Shown piece by piece: positions 19,773 through 28,934 of a DNA stretch of 64,000 bases. Each line of letters begins with the position of its first letter. The stretch's first letter is position 1. The position numbers were made by a program, and so were the translations under genes. The notes beneath the pieces are model-generated. The model was not told the origin of the DNA, did not search any database, and saw nothing but the letters and a program-made list of their open reading frames with translations. Origin of the DNA: an uncultured Pelagibacteraceae bacterium (GTDB lineage: Bacteria > Pseudomonadota > Alphaproteobacteria > Pelagibacterales > Pelagibacteraceae); contig CACEDU010000002.1 of assembly GCA_902558435.1 (NCBI GenBank), positions 78,680 through 142,679 of the forward strand, in the 5' to 3' direction.

Positions 19773-20897
19773 TTAATTGACAGACTCGATTACTGTCGCA
19801 ATTCCCATTCCTAAACCAATGCACTGAGTAGAAAGAGCATATTTTTTATTTTCTCTTTTCAACAAATCAGCTGCTTTACCAGTAATTCTTGCACCTGTTG
19901 CACCAAGTGGATGACCAAGAGCAAGAGCTCCACCATCTAAATTGACCTTATCCTTATCTATACCTAAGTCTTTAATACACGCTAATGATTGAGAAGCAAA
20001 AGCTTCATTCAATTCAACAATATCAATTTGTTCAGCTGACAAGTTAGCTCTCTTCAATGCTTTTTTTGAAGCGCCAATTGGACCTAATCCCATGTAATCA
20101 GGGTCACAGCCCTCAACAGCAGTAGATATTATTCTTCCTAAAATATTTAAATTATTTTCTTTTGCATAATTTTCCTCACAAATTAAAGTTGCCGCAGCAC
20201 CGTCTGTTAAAGGTGATGAAGTTGCAGCTGTAACTGTTCCATTTTCATCAAAAGCAAGTTTTAATCCATCTAATTTTTCCATTGTACTATTTGGTCTAAT
20301 GTTTCCATCTGTATCACAATCACCAATTGATACGATTTCATTCTTAAAATTTCCTTTGGTCTGAGCTTTGTGTGCTTTTTGATGACTTGATATAGCAAAC
20401 TCCTGTTGTTCATTTCTCGAAATGTTATATTTTTTTGCAACGTTTTCTGCAGTTGTTCCCATTGAAAAATAAACATGTGGATTATCTGTCTTACTTTCAG
20501 GATAGGGGATTGGTTCAAAACCAGTATTTACTCTTGTCATGCTTTCTACTCCTCCACAGACAAATACTTTTCCAGCACCTAGTGAAATTTTACCAGCTGC
20601 AATATGAATAGCCTCCATTGATGAACCACACCATCTATCTACTGTCATTCCTGAGGTTTTAACATTCATACCACTGAGAAAAGTAGTCAACTTTCCAATA
20701 TTAAAACTTTGTTCACCTGTTTGAAATGCACAACCAACCACAATATCCTCAATGTCATCTTTTTTAACATTTGATTTTGATACTAAATCTTTTATCACTT
20801 CTGCTAATAGATTAACTGGTTTTGAGTCAATTAAAGCTCCTTTTCTTGCCATAGTAAAAGGTGATCTTGAAAATCCTGCTATTACTGGTTTAAACAT
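19773..20897 (-). CDS. 3-ketoacyl-CoA thiolase / acetyl-CoA acyltransferase (FadA-like)
   Basis: Active-site Cys in VDRWCGSSMEAI, C-terminal NLDGGALALGHPLGATGARI and CIGLGMGIA motifs. Confidence 0.9.
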   Translation of the reverse strand: MFKPVIAGFSRSPFTMARKGALIDSKPVNLLAEVIKDLVSKSNVKKDDIEDIVVGCAFQTGEQSFNIGKLTTFLSGMNVKTSGMTVDRWCGSSMEAIHIAAGKISLGAGKVFVCGGVESMTRVNTGFEPIPYPESKTDNPHVYFSMGTTAENVAKKYNISRNEQQEFAISSHQKAHKAQTKGNFKNEIVSIGDCDTDGNIRPNSTMEKLDGLKLAFDENGTVTAATSSPLTDGAAATLICEENYAKENNLNILGRIISTAVEGCDPDYMGLGPIGASKKALKRANLSAEQIDIVELNEAFASQSLACIKDLGIDKDKVNLDGGALALGHPLGATGARITGKAADLLKRENKKYALSTQCIGLGMGIATVIESVN

Positions 20898-20912
20898 AAC
20901 TTAAATATAAGG

Positions 20913-22079
20913 TTAATCAGGAAATGGTAAAGAAGTTATAATGCCTTTTCTGTTTTTTCCATTAAAAGTGTTTATAAAAACTTCATTCCCCAAATCCCAA
21001 AAATCTCTATTTATCATTGATAAACCAATATTTTTCTTAATTCTTGGGGAGTAAATTCCAGAAGCAATTTGACCAATTTTTTTATTGTTTTTTGAGTATA
21101 CCGGCAAAGGAACTCCTGTTGGTTTACAGGGATCGCCATCAAAAATTATACCTCTCATCTGTTGTGTTATTCCTTCAGATTGAATCTTTCTCAAAGCATC
21201 TTTTCCAATAAAATCATGATCATCTTCTTGTTTACAATATTTTTCAAGATTGCATTCTAGTGGATTATTTTCTCTGGTGAAATCATTACCATAGGACATA
21301 AGTCCTGCCTCAATTCTATCAATTAAGTTTGGACATCCAGGAGATATATTAAATTTTTGACCATGATCCCAAATAATATCCCAAAGTTTTTCACCAAGTT
21401 CAATTTCATTAAAATGAGTTTCAAATCCTTTAAAATAAATTTCAAAACCATCTTGCTTACTATATCCAGACCTAGCAATTATTTGTTTTGTACCTAAAAA
21501 GTCAAAGACTTTAAAATTGAAAAATTTTAATTTTTTTATGTCTTCCCCAAATATTGAAACCAGAAGATCTTCAGATTTAGGACCTTGGATAGCTAATGGA
21601 TAAACATCTGGTTCTATTATTTCAACATTATATCCAGATCCTAATGCAATACCTTTTGCCCAAAGCAGAATATCCGAGTCAGCAATAGAAATCCAAAACA
21701 TGTCATCATCTAGTTTTAGTAAAACTGGATCATTAATCATTCCTGCGGTCTCATCTATTATTGGGATATAAAAACATTTTCCAGTTTCCATTTTTTTTAT
21801 AGAGCGAGGTGTCATTTTTTGCACAAGCTTTGCTGAGTCAGGACCTGTAATTTGTACTTGTCTTTGACAAGATACATCCCAAACTTGAACCTGCTCTCTT
21901 AAATGCCAGTAATCTTCCTCAACTGTATTCTTAAATCCTTTTGGCAACAACATGTGGTTTACAACAGTAAAATCTGATACACCACATGCTTCAACTTTGT
22001 TTGTGAATGGAGTACGCCTTATACGTCTTGACATATTTAATTTAATATTTTTTTGATGTATTAAATTTTCACCACTCAT
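20913..22079 (-). CDS. GcvT-family THF-dependent aminomethyltransferase/demethylase, DmdA-like
   Basis: N-terminal MSRRIRRTPF, GPDSAKLVQ, AIQGPKS, ARSGYSKQDGFEIY and PGCPNLIDRIEAGLMSYGND. As far as I recall, these resemble the Pelagibacter DMSP demethylase DmdA. The start could instead be the internal ATG at 22034. Confidence 0.7.
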   Translation of the reverse strand: MSGENLIHQKNIKLNMSRRIRRTPFTNKVEACGVSDFTVVNHMLLPKGFKNTVEEDYWHLREQVQVWDVSCQRQVQITGPDSAKLVQKMTPRSIKKMETGKCFYIPIIDETAGMINDPVLLKLDDDMFWISIADSDILLWAKGIALGSGYNVEIIEPDVYPLAIQGPKSEDLLVSIFGEDIKKLKFFNFKVFDFLGTKQIIARSGYSKQDGFEIYFKGFETHFNEIELGEKLWDIIWDHGQKFNISPGCPNLIDRIEAGLMSYGNDFTRENNPLECNLEKYCKQEDDHDFIGKDALRKIQSEGITQQMRGIIFDGDPCKPTGVPLPVYSKNNKKIGQIASGIYSPRIKKNIGLSMINRDFWDLGNEVFINTFNGKNRKGIITSLPFPD

Positions 22080-22415
22080 TTATTTGGACCACCATACAGT
22101 GTAGCTATTTTTAGAAATTATAATTGGTATATGATATTTTTTATTATTATCTTTCATTTTGAATTTAATATTTATTTCAGAAATAATTTTTTTCTCAGAG
22201 AAATAATCCCCAGTTTTGCAAATCATTTCATATACGCACTTTGTATCATCATCACTTAGATCAAATTCTTTATGTATTCTACCTCCATCATCAGATTTAG
22301 TTTCAAAGAAAATTTCTTTATCACCATTTTTTTTTATTTGATAAATTATTACATCAATATTTCCAGCATGAGATCCATTAGTAGCGTCTAATAAATGTGA
22401 TGAAAATATTGCCAT
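22080..22415 (-). CDS. Transthyretin-like / 5-hydroxyisourate hydrolase family protein (divergent)
   Basis: 111 aa. N-terminal SSHLLDATNGSHAGNIDV and C-terminal KYHIPIIISKNSYTVWWSK align by eye with HIU hydrolase H-V-L-D...HYH-V-P-L-L-L-S...Y-S-T-Y-R-G-S, but the terminal YRGS signature is absent. Confidence 0.6.
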   Translation of the reverse strand: MAIFSSHLLDATNGSHAGNIDVIIYQIKKNGDKEIFFETKSDDGGRIHKEFDLSDDDTKCVYEMICKTGDYFSEKKIISEINIKFKMKDNNKKYHIPIIISKNSYTVWWSK

Positions 22416-22416
22416 T

Positions 22417-24159
22417 TTATTCTATTGATGACTTCTCTCTTTTACTTGCAACTGCAGAGACTATTGGACTTAGTACTGGTTTTGCTTTGACATTTACACA
22501 TGCAGGTTTTCCACTTTCCATCGCCCTTTTAAGCGCAGGTGCTAACTCTTCTCTTTTATTAACTAATTCTCCATACCCTCCAAAACCCTCAAATATCTTA
22601 TGAAATGGGATGTCTCGAAAATCAGTTGCAACGCTTTTCCCACTTTTAAATAATCTCTCTTGTTGTTGCCCTATTGAGGCTAATCCACCATTGTTATCAA
22701 TTACAACAGTAATAGGTTTTTTTTCATAAAATACACTTTCAATAGACATACCTCCTGATAAAAACGCACCATCTCCACTTATAAGAACAACATTTGAGTC
22801 TGGATTGTGATTTTTAGCAGATAAAGCAAACGAAACCCCAACACCTAACATACTAAATGTTCCAGGATGTAAGATACCTTTTAATTTTTTACCTTTTGCG
22901 CCAGCAATATTAATTGCAATCTCTGACCAGAAATGGGTATTTCCTCCATCTATAACAAGCCAGTCATTTTCACTCATTGCTTCTTGGACATCTAATGAAA
23001 GTTGTAGAGGATGAATTTTACCACCATTTTTTTTTGATGCTTCAGCCTCAATTGCTAAATCTTTCAAAGATTTATCTACCCATTCTCTTTTCTTTTTTTT
23101 ATTTTCTTCGAACCAAGATGTATCTAAATTCCATTTATTATTTTTCTTTAAATTAGATAATGTATCTAAAAAAACACCAGGATCGCTTAGTAAACAAAAA
23201 TCAGCTGCTCTATTAAGTTCTATTTCCTCATGGGAGCCATTAATACAAACCAATTTTGTTGATTTTGGAATAAATGGTGGATTTCCAAAATTCAATTGAT
23301 TGTCTAAACGTGCTCCAACAACAAGCACTAAATCAGAATTTTGTAACGCATATTCTGAGGGAGGATATTGATGTATATCAGCCAATCCCATATAGGCATT
23401 TGCTTCCTCACCTAATAATTTTTGATGATATGGAACATTAAAAATTGGTATATTTAAATTATTACCAGCTGCTTCAAGATTTTTTTCTGAATGTGACCAC
23501 CAAATTCCGTGGCCACCTATTATAATTGGTTTTTGAGCATTGCAAGCAAGTTCTAAAACTTCTGATAGAGAATTTGGATCTGGCCAAGCTTTAGCTAAAG
23601 GTTTAGCTTTGTGAGAAAATGGCCTCTCCTCTAATCCTACTTCCTCTGCAAAAGATGAAAACATAATATCTACTGGCAGACTAAGATGAACAGCGCCAGG
23701 ATAACCGTTGGTAGCTATATGATATGCCTTGTCGACGAATTCTCTTATTCTAGTACCATCAGTAATGCTTGCACTGTATTTTGTTAAAGGACCTGCTATT
23801 GAAACATCATCTATTTCTTTAAAACCACCTGAACCTTGTCTTTTGAGACTGCTGGAACCAGTGATATAAATAACAGGACTTCTCTCACCCCAAGCTTCCA
23901 TCATAGAGGGAACTGCGTTAGTAAATCCCTCTGGTCCAACTAAGCATACTGATGGTTTACGAGTTATTCTTGTATTACCATCTGCTAAATGACCTGCTAT
24001 TTGTTCATGAGGTGTATTTATCACTTCAATTTGACACTCAGCAAATCCCTCAATTGCTGGATTACAAAAACCTCCTGCTAGAGTAAAAACTTTACTAATT
24101 CCCTTATCTTTTAAAGCTCTAGCTAATAACGCTCCGCCTCTAATTTTATTCTCACTCAT
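22417..24159 (-). CDS. Thiamine-diphosphate-dependent enzyme (acetolactate synthase / benzoylformate decarboxylase / Xsc family)
   Basis: 580 aa. TPP-binding motif GDGAFLSGGMSIESVFYEKKPITVVIDNNGG. The N-terminal pyrimidine-binding domain is typical of the family. Confidence 0.85.
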   Translation of the reverse strand: MSENKIRGGALLARALKDKGISKVFTLAGGFCNPAIEGFAECQIEVINTPHEQIAGHLADGNTRITRKPSVCLVGPEGFTNAVPSMMEAWGERSPVIYITGSSSLKRQGSGGFKEIDDVSIAGPLTKYSASITDGTRIREFVDKAYHIATNGYPGAVHLSLPVDIMFSSFAEEVGLEERPFSHKAKPLAKAWPDPNSLSEVLELACNAQKPIIIGGHGIWWSHSEKNLEAAGNNLNIPIFNVPYHQKLLGEEANAYMGLADIHQYPPSEYALQNSDLVLVVGARLDNQLNFGNPPFIPKSTKLVCINGSHEEIELNRAADFCLLSDPGVFLDTLSNLKKNNKWNLDTSWFEENKKKKREWVDKSLKDLAIEAEASKKNGGKIHPLQLSLDVQEAMSENDWLVIDGGNTHFWSEIAINIAGAKGKKLKGILHPGTFSMLGVGVSFALSAKNHNPDSNVVLISGDGAFLSGGMSIESVFYEKKPITVVIDNNGGLASIGQQQERLFKSGKSVATDFRDIPFHKIFEGFGGYGELVNKREELAPALKRAMESGKPACVNVKAKPVLSPIVSAVASKREKSSIE

Positions 24160-25323
24160 TTAGTAATCAACCTTATTAATAGTATTCTCTATTACTATCT
24201 CAGAAGTTACTTCATTAACATCATTTAATCCAACTAACCCTAGTGTTGTGCTAACTTCTTCTTTTATAATCTCAACTATTCTTCTTAATCCTTTTTTTCC
24301 ATCAGCTCCCATTGCATACATAACGGGTCTTCCAATCATCGCATAATCTGCACCAAATGCTAGCGCTCTTACTATATCGCTTCCACTTCTTATTCCACTA
24401 TCAAAGATTAAAGGAAAATTACTTCCAACTGATTTTCTAATCAAAGGGAGCATATTTATTGCTGCTGTGGCACTGTCTAATTGCCTACCTCCATGATTTG
24501 AAACTTGAATAGCATCCGCACCAGCATCTTTTATTTTTATTGCGTCATCAGGAGACATTACTCCTTTAACAATAAGTTTGCCTTTCCATTTATCCCTTAC
24601 TCTCTTAAGTGTGTTCCAATCAGTAGAACCTCTACTTTCTTTTCTTTTAAAGACTCCATCTCCACTTTTTGATGTTACATAATTCATAGGCTTAGGAATT
24701 CCACTCATCAAAGTTGATAGAGACCAAGTCGGATGAGTTGCAAAATCAAAAAATTGTTTTGGACCTATCTTAAAAGGATAAGAGAAACCATTTTTATCAT
24801 CTCTAGTTCTTCTAGATAAAACTGGTACATCTACAGTTAAAATTGCTACCTCATAACCGGTATTTTTTGCTCTTTCCAAAAGTTCCATCACGAAATTCTC
24901 ATCTTGGAAAATATATAGCTGCATCCACGAATGACCCTCTGAGAGTTCATACATCTTTTCTAATGTTGTGGTTGATGCCATAGAAACACATGTTGGAATA
25001 TTATTTCTTGCACTTTCAGCAGCTAACATAGAGTCTGCTCCTGGCCAGGACAAATTAGTCATTCCCATAGGAGCAAAACCAAAAGGAAAATTAAATTCGT
25101 ATCCTAATACCTTTTTTTTAAGAGATCTTTTTTCAACATTTCTTAAAACTTTGGGCTCTAATCTAATTTGGTCTAGAGCTATACTGTTGATTTCAGCAAG
25201 CTTCTCATCTCCTGATGCTCCGTCAATAAAATCAAAAACTAATTTGGGAAGACGTTTACGTGATAGTTCTCTTGCATCTTTTATACTAAAGATTTTTTGA
25301 CTTGGTAAAATATTATCACTCAT
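24160..25323 (-). CDS. FMN-dependent alpha-hydroxyacid dehydrogenase/oxidase (LldD / glycolate oxidase / mandelate dehydrogenase family)
   Basis: SNHGGRQLD active-site motif, DSGIRSGSDIVRALAFGAD FMN-phosphate region, 387 aa. Confidence 0.85.
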   Translation of the reverse strand: MSDNILPSQKIFSIKDARELSRKRLPKLVFDFIDGASGDEKLAEINSIALDQIRLEPKVLRNVEKRSLKKKVLGYEFNFPFGFAPMGMTNLSWPGADSMLAAESARNNIPTCVSMASTTTLEKMYELSEGHSWMQLYIFQDENFVMELLERAKNTGYEVAILTVDVPVLSRRTRDDKNGFSYPFKIGPKQFFDFATHPTWSLSTLMSGIPKPMNYVTSKSGDGVFKRKESRGSTDWNTLKRVRDKWKGKLIVKGVMSPDDAIKIKDAGADAIQVSNHGGRQLDSATAAINMLPLIRKSVGSNFPLIFDSGIRSGSDIVRALAFGADYAMIGRPVMYAMGADGKKGLRRIVEIIKEEVSTTLGLVGLNDVNEVTSEIVIENTINKVDY

Positions 25324-26008
25324 TGTTAATTTTAATATATTCTTTTAAGTTAAATTGTTTATTTTGATTAACAAAATAAGCATTATGACCTTTTCTAGAA
25401 GAATAAACCTCTGTTGGTTTTCCGTCAATAAAAAGTACTGCAACACCATCATCAACAGCAATACCATCAGGCAAAGTTTTGTTTTTAATATTTTCTCTAT
25501 ATTTTTCCGCTCTTTTTGAGTCCGAATAATGTGGTGTAAAACTTCCAGATAATAATCCAATGCCATTCATAGATTTAAATCCAGGTCCATCTGAGTCAGT
25601 TAGAAAGCAATCAAACCAACACGCGGCACCAGCACTTACACCTGATAGAATTATACCTGAATTATAAATTTCTTTAAAAAGCCCAATTAAATTATTTGCT
25701 TTCCAATATTTGAGCATGAATTTTGTATTTCCACCACCTACATAAACTGCATCAAGATTTGAAAGCCAATTTTCAAAACCTTTTACACTAGAGATAAGAT
25801 TAAAGTGAGATATGTTTAAATCTAAATCTTCAAATCTTTTGTAAAATAGTTTGGTCTTATTTGAGTCATCGTTACTTGCAATCGGTAAAAATCCTAATGA
25901 GGAATTTTTTTTTTTTATATGATTCAAAATAAATTGGTCTTGATCATTATCTTGGTTGTGAGTAAACCCTCCACCTCCAATAGTAATTATTTTTTTTTCG
26001 ATCTTCAC
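25316..26008 (-). CDS. Peptidase S51 (dipeptidase E-like) family protein
   Basis: 230 aa. Nucleophile motif SGVSAGAAC, downstream FTPHYSD histidine region, GGGNT motif. Confidence 0.7.
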   Translation of the reverse strand: MKIEKKIITIGGGGFTHNQDNDQDQFILNHIKKKNSSLGFLPIASNDDSNKTKLFYKRFEDLDLNISHFNLISSVKGFENWLSNLDAVYVGGGNTKFMLKYWKANNLIGLFKEIYNSGIILSGVSAGAACWFDCFLTDSDGPGFKSMNGIGLLSGSFTPHYSDSKRAEKYRENIKNKTLPDGIAVDDGVAVLFIDGKPTEVYSSRKGHNAYFVNQNKQFNLKEYIKINNE

Positions 26009-26033
26009 TAATTATATTTTTAACAATTTAAGT

Positions 26034-27251
26034 TTAAATACCAGGCCAAGGTTTAGGTTCATGGGGTATATTTCTGTCTATACCTCTTACTATTTCTCCC
26101 TGTTCATCATACATTGGTAATTTACAAATTTGACCTTTATGTAATTTCCCATCAGTACATTTGACATCAACTATATCGCCCGGTCCATTTTCGTTATTGT
26201 TAAGGTGTACTATACCAACACCACAAACTTGATAAGGTGACCATGTGCTAGAAGTTATTTTACCAATCTCTTCTCCATTTAATTTAATACTCTCTCCTTT
26301 AATTGCAGTTCCAGACACAACCCGAATTCCCCAAGTCTTACATTTTTTCTCTGATGACATAAGTGCCTCTTTTCCAATAAAATTCTCTTTATCAAAATTT
26401 ATAAATCTTCCAAGTCCAACTGAAAAAGGATTAGTATTTTTTGAAAAATCTTGCCCAGCAGACAAAAGTCCAGCTTCAATTCTTCGACATCTAAATCCTG
26501 GTGTAGCTACCAAAGTCATACCTAATTTTTTTCCTTGCTCAAGAATATAATCTCCAATTTTCTCTGTTTCATTTTCAGGCCTAAAATAAATTTCCCAACC
26601 AAGTTCATTAGTAAAACCACTTCTGCTTACTATTACTTTTTGATCTAAAATTTGTAACTCTTTCCAATCAAAATATTTCCAATCATTTTCTGAAAAACCA
26701 TTACTTAAATTTTCAAGTAGTTTCATGGACAATGGACCTTGAACCTGGCTTACCCAAACATTTGGATCATGAATTTCTACATTAAAATTTTTAGAATGCG
26801 CTTTATACCAAGAAAATAGGTCACCATCCGCTTGCGCAAACCAATATTTATCTTTATCAATTCTTAAAAGTATCCCATCCGTAATCATCCCGCCATCATG
26901 ATAGCAAGCAAACTGATACGAACATCTTCCCACAGTGATTTTTGAAATATCTCTAGGAAATATTTTTTGTAAAAATTTAAGAGCATCTGGTCCTGATATT
27001 TCAAATGGATGTTCTCCCGTATGCCTAAAAATAATTTCTCTTCTTGCCTTCCAATACATTTCCTCAGAACTAATATTAGATAATTTTTCGAGGGTTAATC
27101 TTCCTGCATAATTTGAATATTCTGGGTCATACGGCAATTCCTGATAAGTTAGGGGGTGAACTTGAATTGATCTTGCAAGCTCTAATGAATTAGAATTTTC
27201 AAGGCTAACAGGCTTTACAGTAAACCTATATTTATTGATTAAATCATTCAT
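26034..27251 (-). CDS. GcvT-family aminomethyltransferase/demethylase-like protein (second paralog)
   Basis: EISGPDALKFLQ, QVQGPLS, SRSGFTNELGWEIY and RRIEAGLLSAGQDF motifs typical of the glycine-cleavage T fold; 405 aa. Confidence 0.75.
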   Translation of the reverse strand: MNDLINKYRFTVKPVSLENSNSLELARSIQVHPLTYQELPYDPEYSNYAGRLTLEKLSNISSEEMYWKARREIIFRHTGEHPFEISGPDALKFLQKIFPRDISKITVGRCSYQFACYHDGGMITDGILLRIDKDKYWFAQADGDLFSWYKAHSKNFNVEIHDPNVWVSQVQGPLSMKLLENLSNGFSENDWKYFDWKELQILDQKVIVSRSGFTNELGWEIYFRPENETEKIGDYILEQGKKLGMTLVATPGFRCRRIEAGLLSAGQDFSKNTNPFSVGLGRFINFDKENFIGKEALMSSEKKCKTWGIRVVSGTAIKGESIKLNGEEIGKITSSTWSPYQVCGVGIVHLNNNENGPGDIVDVKCTDGKLHKGQICKLPMYDEQGEIVRGIDRNIPHEPKPWPGI

Positions 27252-27363
27252 TATTTTTTAGATAATCAGAATACACCAATAAAACAAATAAAAAATGTCC
27301 ATTTTGACTGTTGCTATATAAGTAGCTAATTGTTACCTTTTATTTTTTTAAAGAGAGGAAATT

Positions 27364-28851
27364 ATGAAAAACATTTTAAAATTGATATCAATTTCATTGG
27401 TATCACTATTTGTAACATTTTCATTTGCTAATGCATCAAGTGGGGTTTTCAAGCTGTCTCATGATCTTGGTTTTGGAAAAGATACAAATTTAGATGCAAT
27501 TACTAAAGGAAGACTATTTCAAGTAGTGATAATGACTCAAAATCGTCTTGTTAGGAAAGATCTTAAGGGAGTTACTTCTCCCGAGTTAGCTACTGACTGG
27601 TCTGGTAACGCAGATGCAACAGAATGGACTTTTAATTTAAGAAAAGGTGTCAAATTCCATGATGGATCTGATTTCGATGCAGAGGATGTAAAATACTCTT
27701 TGATGAGAGTTAAAGATCCTGAAATTGGTTCGCCTGCAAAGAAAAGTATGAGTGCAGTTACAGATATTGAGGTTGTCGACTCACATACAGTAAAAATAAA
27801 GTTGAATACATCTTTCGCAGATTTTCCACTTTTATTAACTGATTATAGATTAAGAATGATACCTAATGGATCAGGTGATACTATTGGAAAAACAGGTATT
27901 GGAACTGGACCTTTTATAGTAGAAAAGTTTGATGCAGAGGGAACAACAATTCTTAAAGCAAACCCAGATTATTGGGAAGGAGCACCTAAACTTGCTGAAG
28001 TTCATGTAATAGCTATACCAGATGGTCAAGCTAGAATTCAAGCTTTACTAACGGGTCAAATAGATATGAATAGATATGTTCCATTCAATCAGAAAAAAAT
28101 ATTTGATGGTAATTCAAAATTTAACGTTTCAGTTATACCTACAGGTAACTGGAGAGGTATGGTAATGAGAACTGACGTTGCACCTTTTGATGACCCTAGA
28201 GTAAGAAAAGCAGTAAGAATAGCTGTTGATAGACAAGAACTAGTTGATTTAGTTATGGCTGGAGCAGCAACTGTATCTTGTGATACTCCTGTTGCGCCAT
28301 CAGATCAATATAGAATGAAAAAGAATTGTCCACCACAACCAGCTACAGCAAAAAAATTACTAAAAGAGGCTGGATATCCTGATGGTATTGATATGACAAT
28401 TCACGTATCAACAAAAGAACCAACATGGCCAACTATTGCCGAGGTTTTACAACAACAGCTTGCAAAAGCTAATATAAGAGCAGATATTCAAATGACACCT
28501 TCAAAAAGTTATTGGAATGAAACTTGGATGAAAAAGGCTGTAGCAATGACTCGTTGGAATGAAAGACCAGCAGATAGTATTTTGCATGAAGCATATCATA
28601 GCGAAGCGAAATGGAATGAGTCATATTATAAAAGTGCATCTTTTGATAAGAATTTAGCTGAAGCAAGAGGTGAGTTAAATTTTAGCAAAAGAAAAGCAGC
28701 ATATATTAATGCTCAAAAAACATTATGGGAAGAGTCTGGAACAATGATTCCTTACCATGTGTCTAGACTTGTTGTGACGTCTTCTAGAGTGAAAAATCTT
28801 GACGAAGTTGAGTATTTTTCAATTAGATGGCACACACTAAGTGTTCAATAA
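27364..28851 (+). CDS. ABC transporter substrate-binding protein, family 5 (DppA/OppA-like)
   Basis: Signal peptide MKNILKLISISLVSLFVTFSFANA, 495 aa, purine-rich SD (AGAGAGGAA) upstream. Followed by DppBC-like permeases and a DppDF-like ATPase. Confidence 0.8.
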   Translation: MKNILKLISISLVSLFVTFSFANASSGVFKLSHDLGFGKDTNLDAITKGRLFQVVIMTQNRLVRKDLKGVTSPELATDWSGNADATEWTFNLRKGVKFHDGSDFDAEDVKYSLMRVKDPEIGSPAKKSMSAVTDIEVVDSHTVKIKLNTSFADFPLLLTDYRLRMIPNGSGDTIGKTGIGTGPFIVEKFDAEGTTILKANPDYWEGAPKLAEVHVIAIPDGQARIQALLTGQIDMNRYVPFNQKKIFDGNSKFNVSVIPTGNWRGMVMRTDVAPFDDPRVRKAVRIAVDRQELVDLVMAGAATVSCDTPVAPSDQYRMKKNCPPQPATAKKLLKEAGYPDGIDMTIHVSTKEPTWPTIAEVLQQQLAKANIRADIQMTPSKSYWNETWMKKAVAMTRWNERPADSILHEAYHSEAKWNESYYKSASFDKNLAEARGELNFSKRKAAYINAQKTLWEESGTMIPYHVSRLVVTSSRVKNLDEVEYFSIRWHTLSVQ

Positions 28852-28860
28852 TAAATTTTG

Positions 28861-28890
28861 TTTTACAGGCCTTTAAGTAGGCCTGTAAAA
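28861..28890 (+). terminator. Hairpin (terminator/attenuator-like) after the binding-protein gene
   Basis: 11-bp stem TTTTACAGGCC (28861..28871) / GGCCTGTAAAA (28880..28890) with an 8-nt loop. The downstream tract CCTCTTTCATTTC is only moderately T-rich. Confidence 0.5.
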
Positions 28891-28934
28891 CCTCTTTCAT
28901 TTCTAAATAAATAATTTAAAATTTAAAAATTCTT

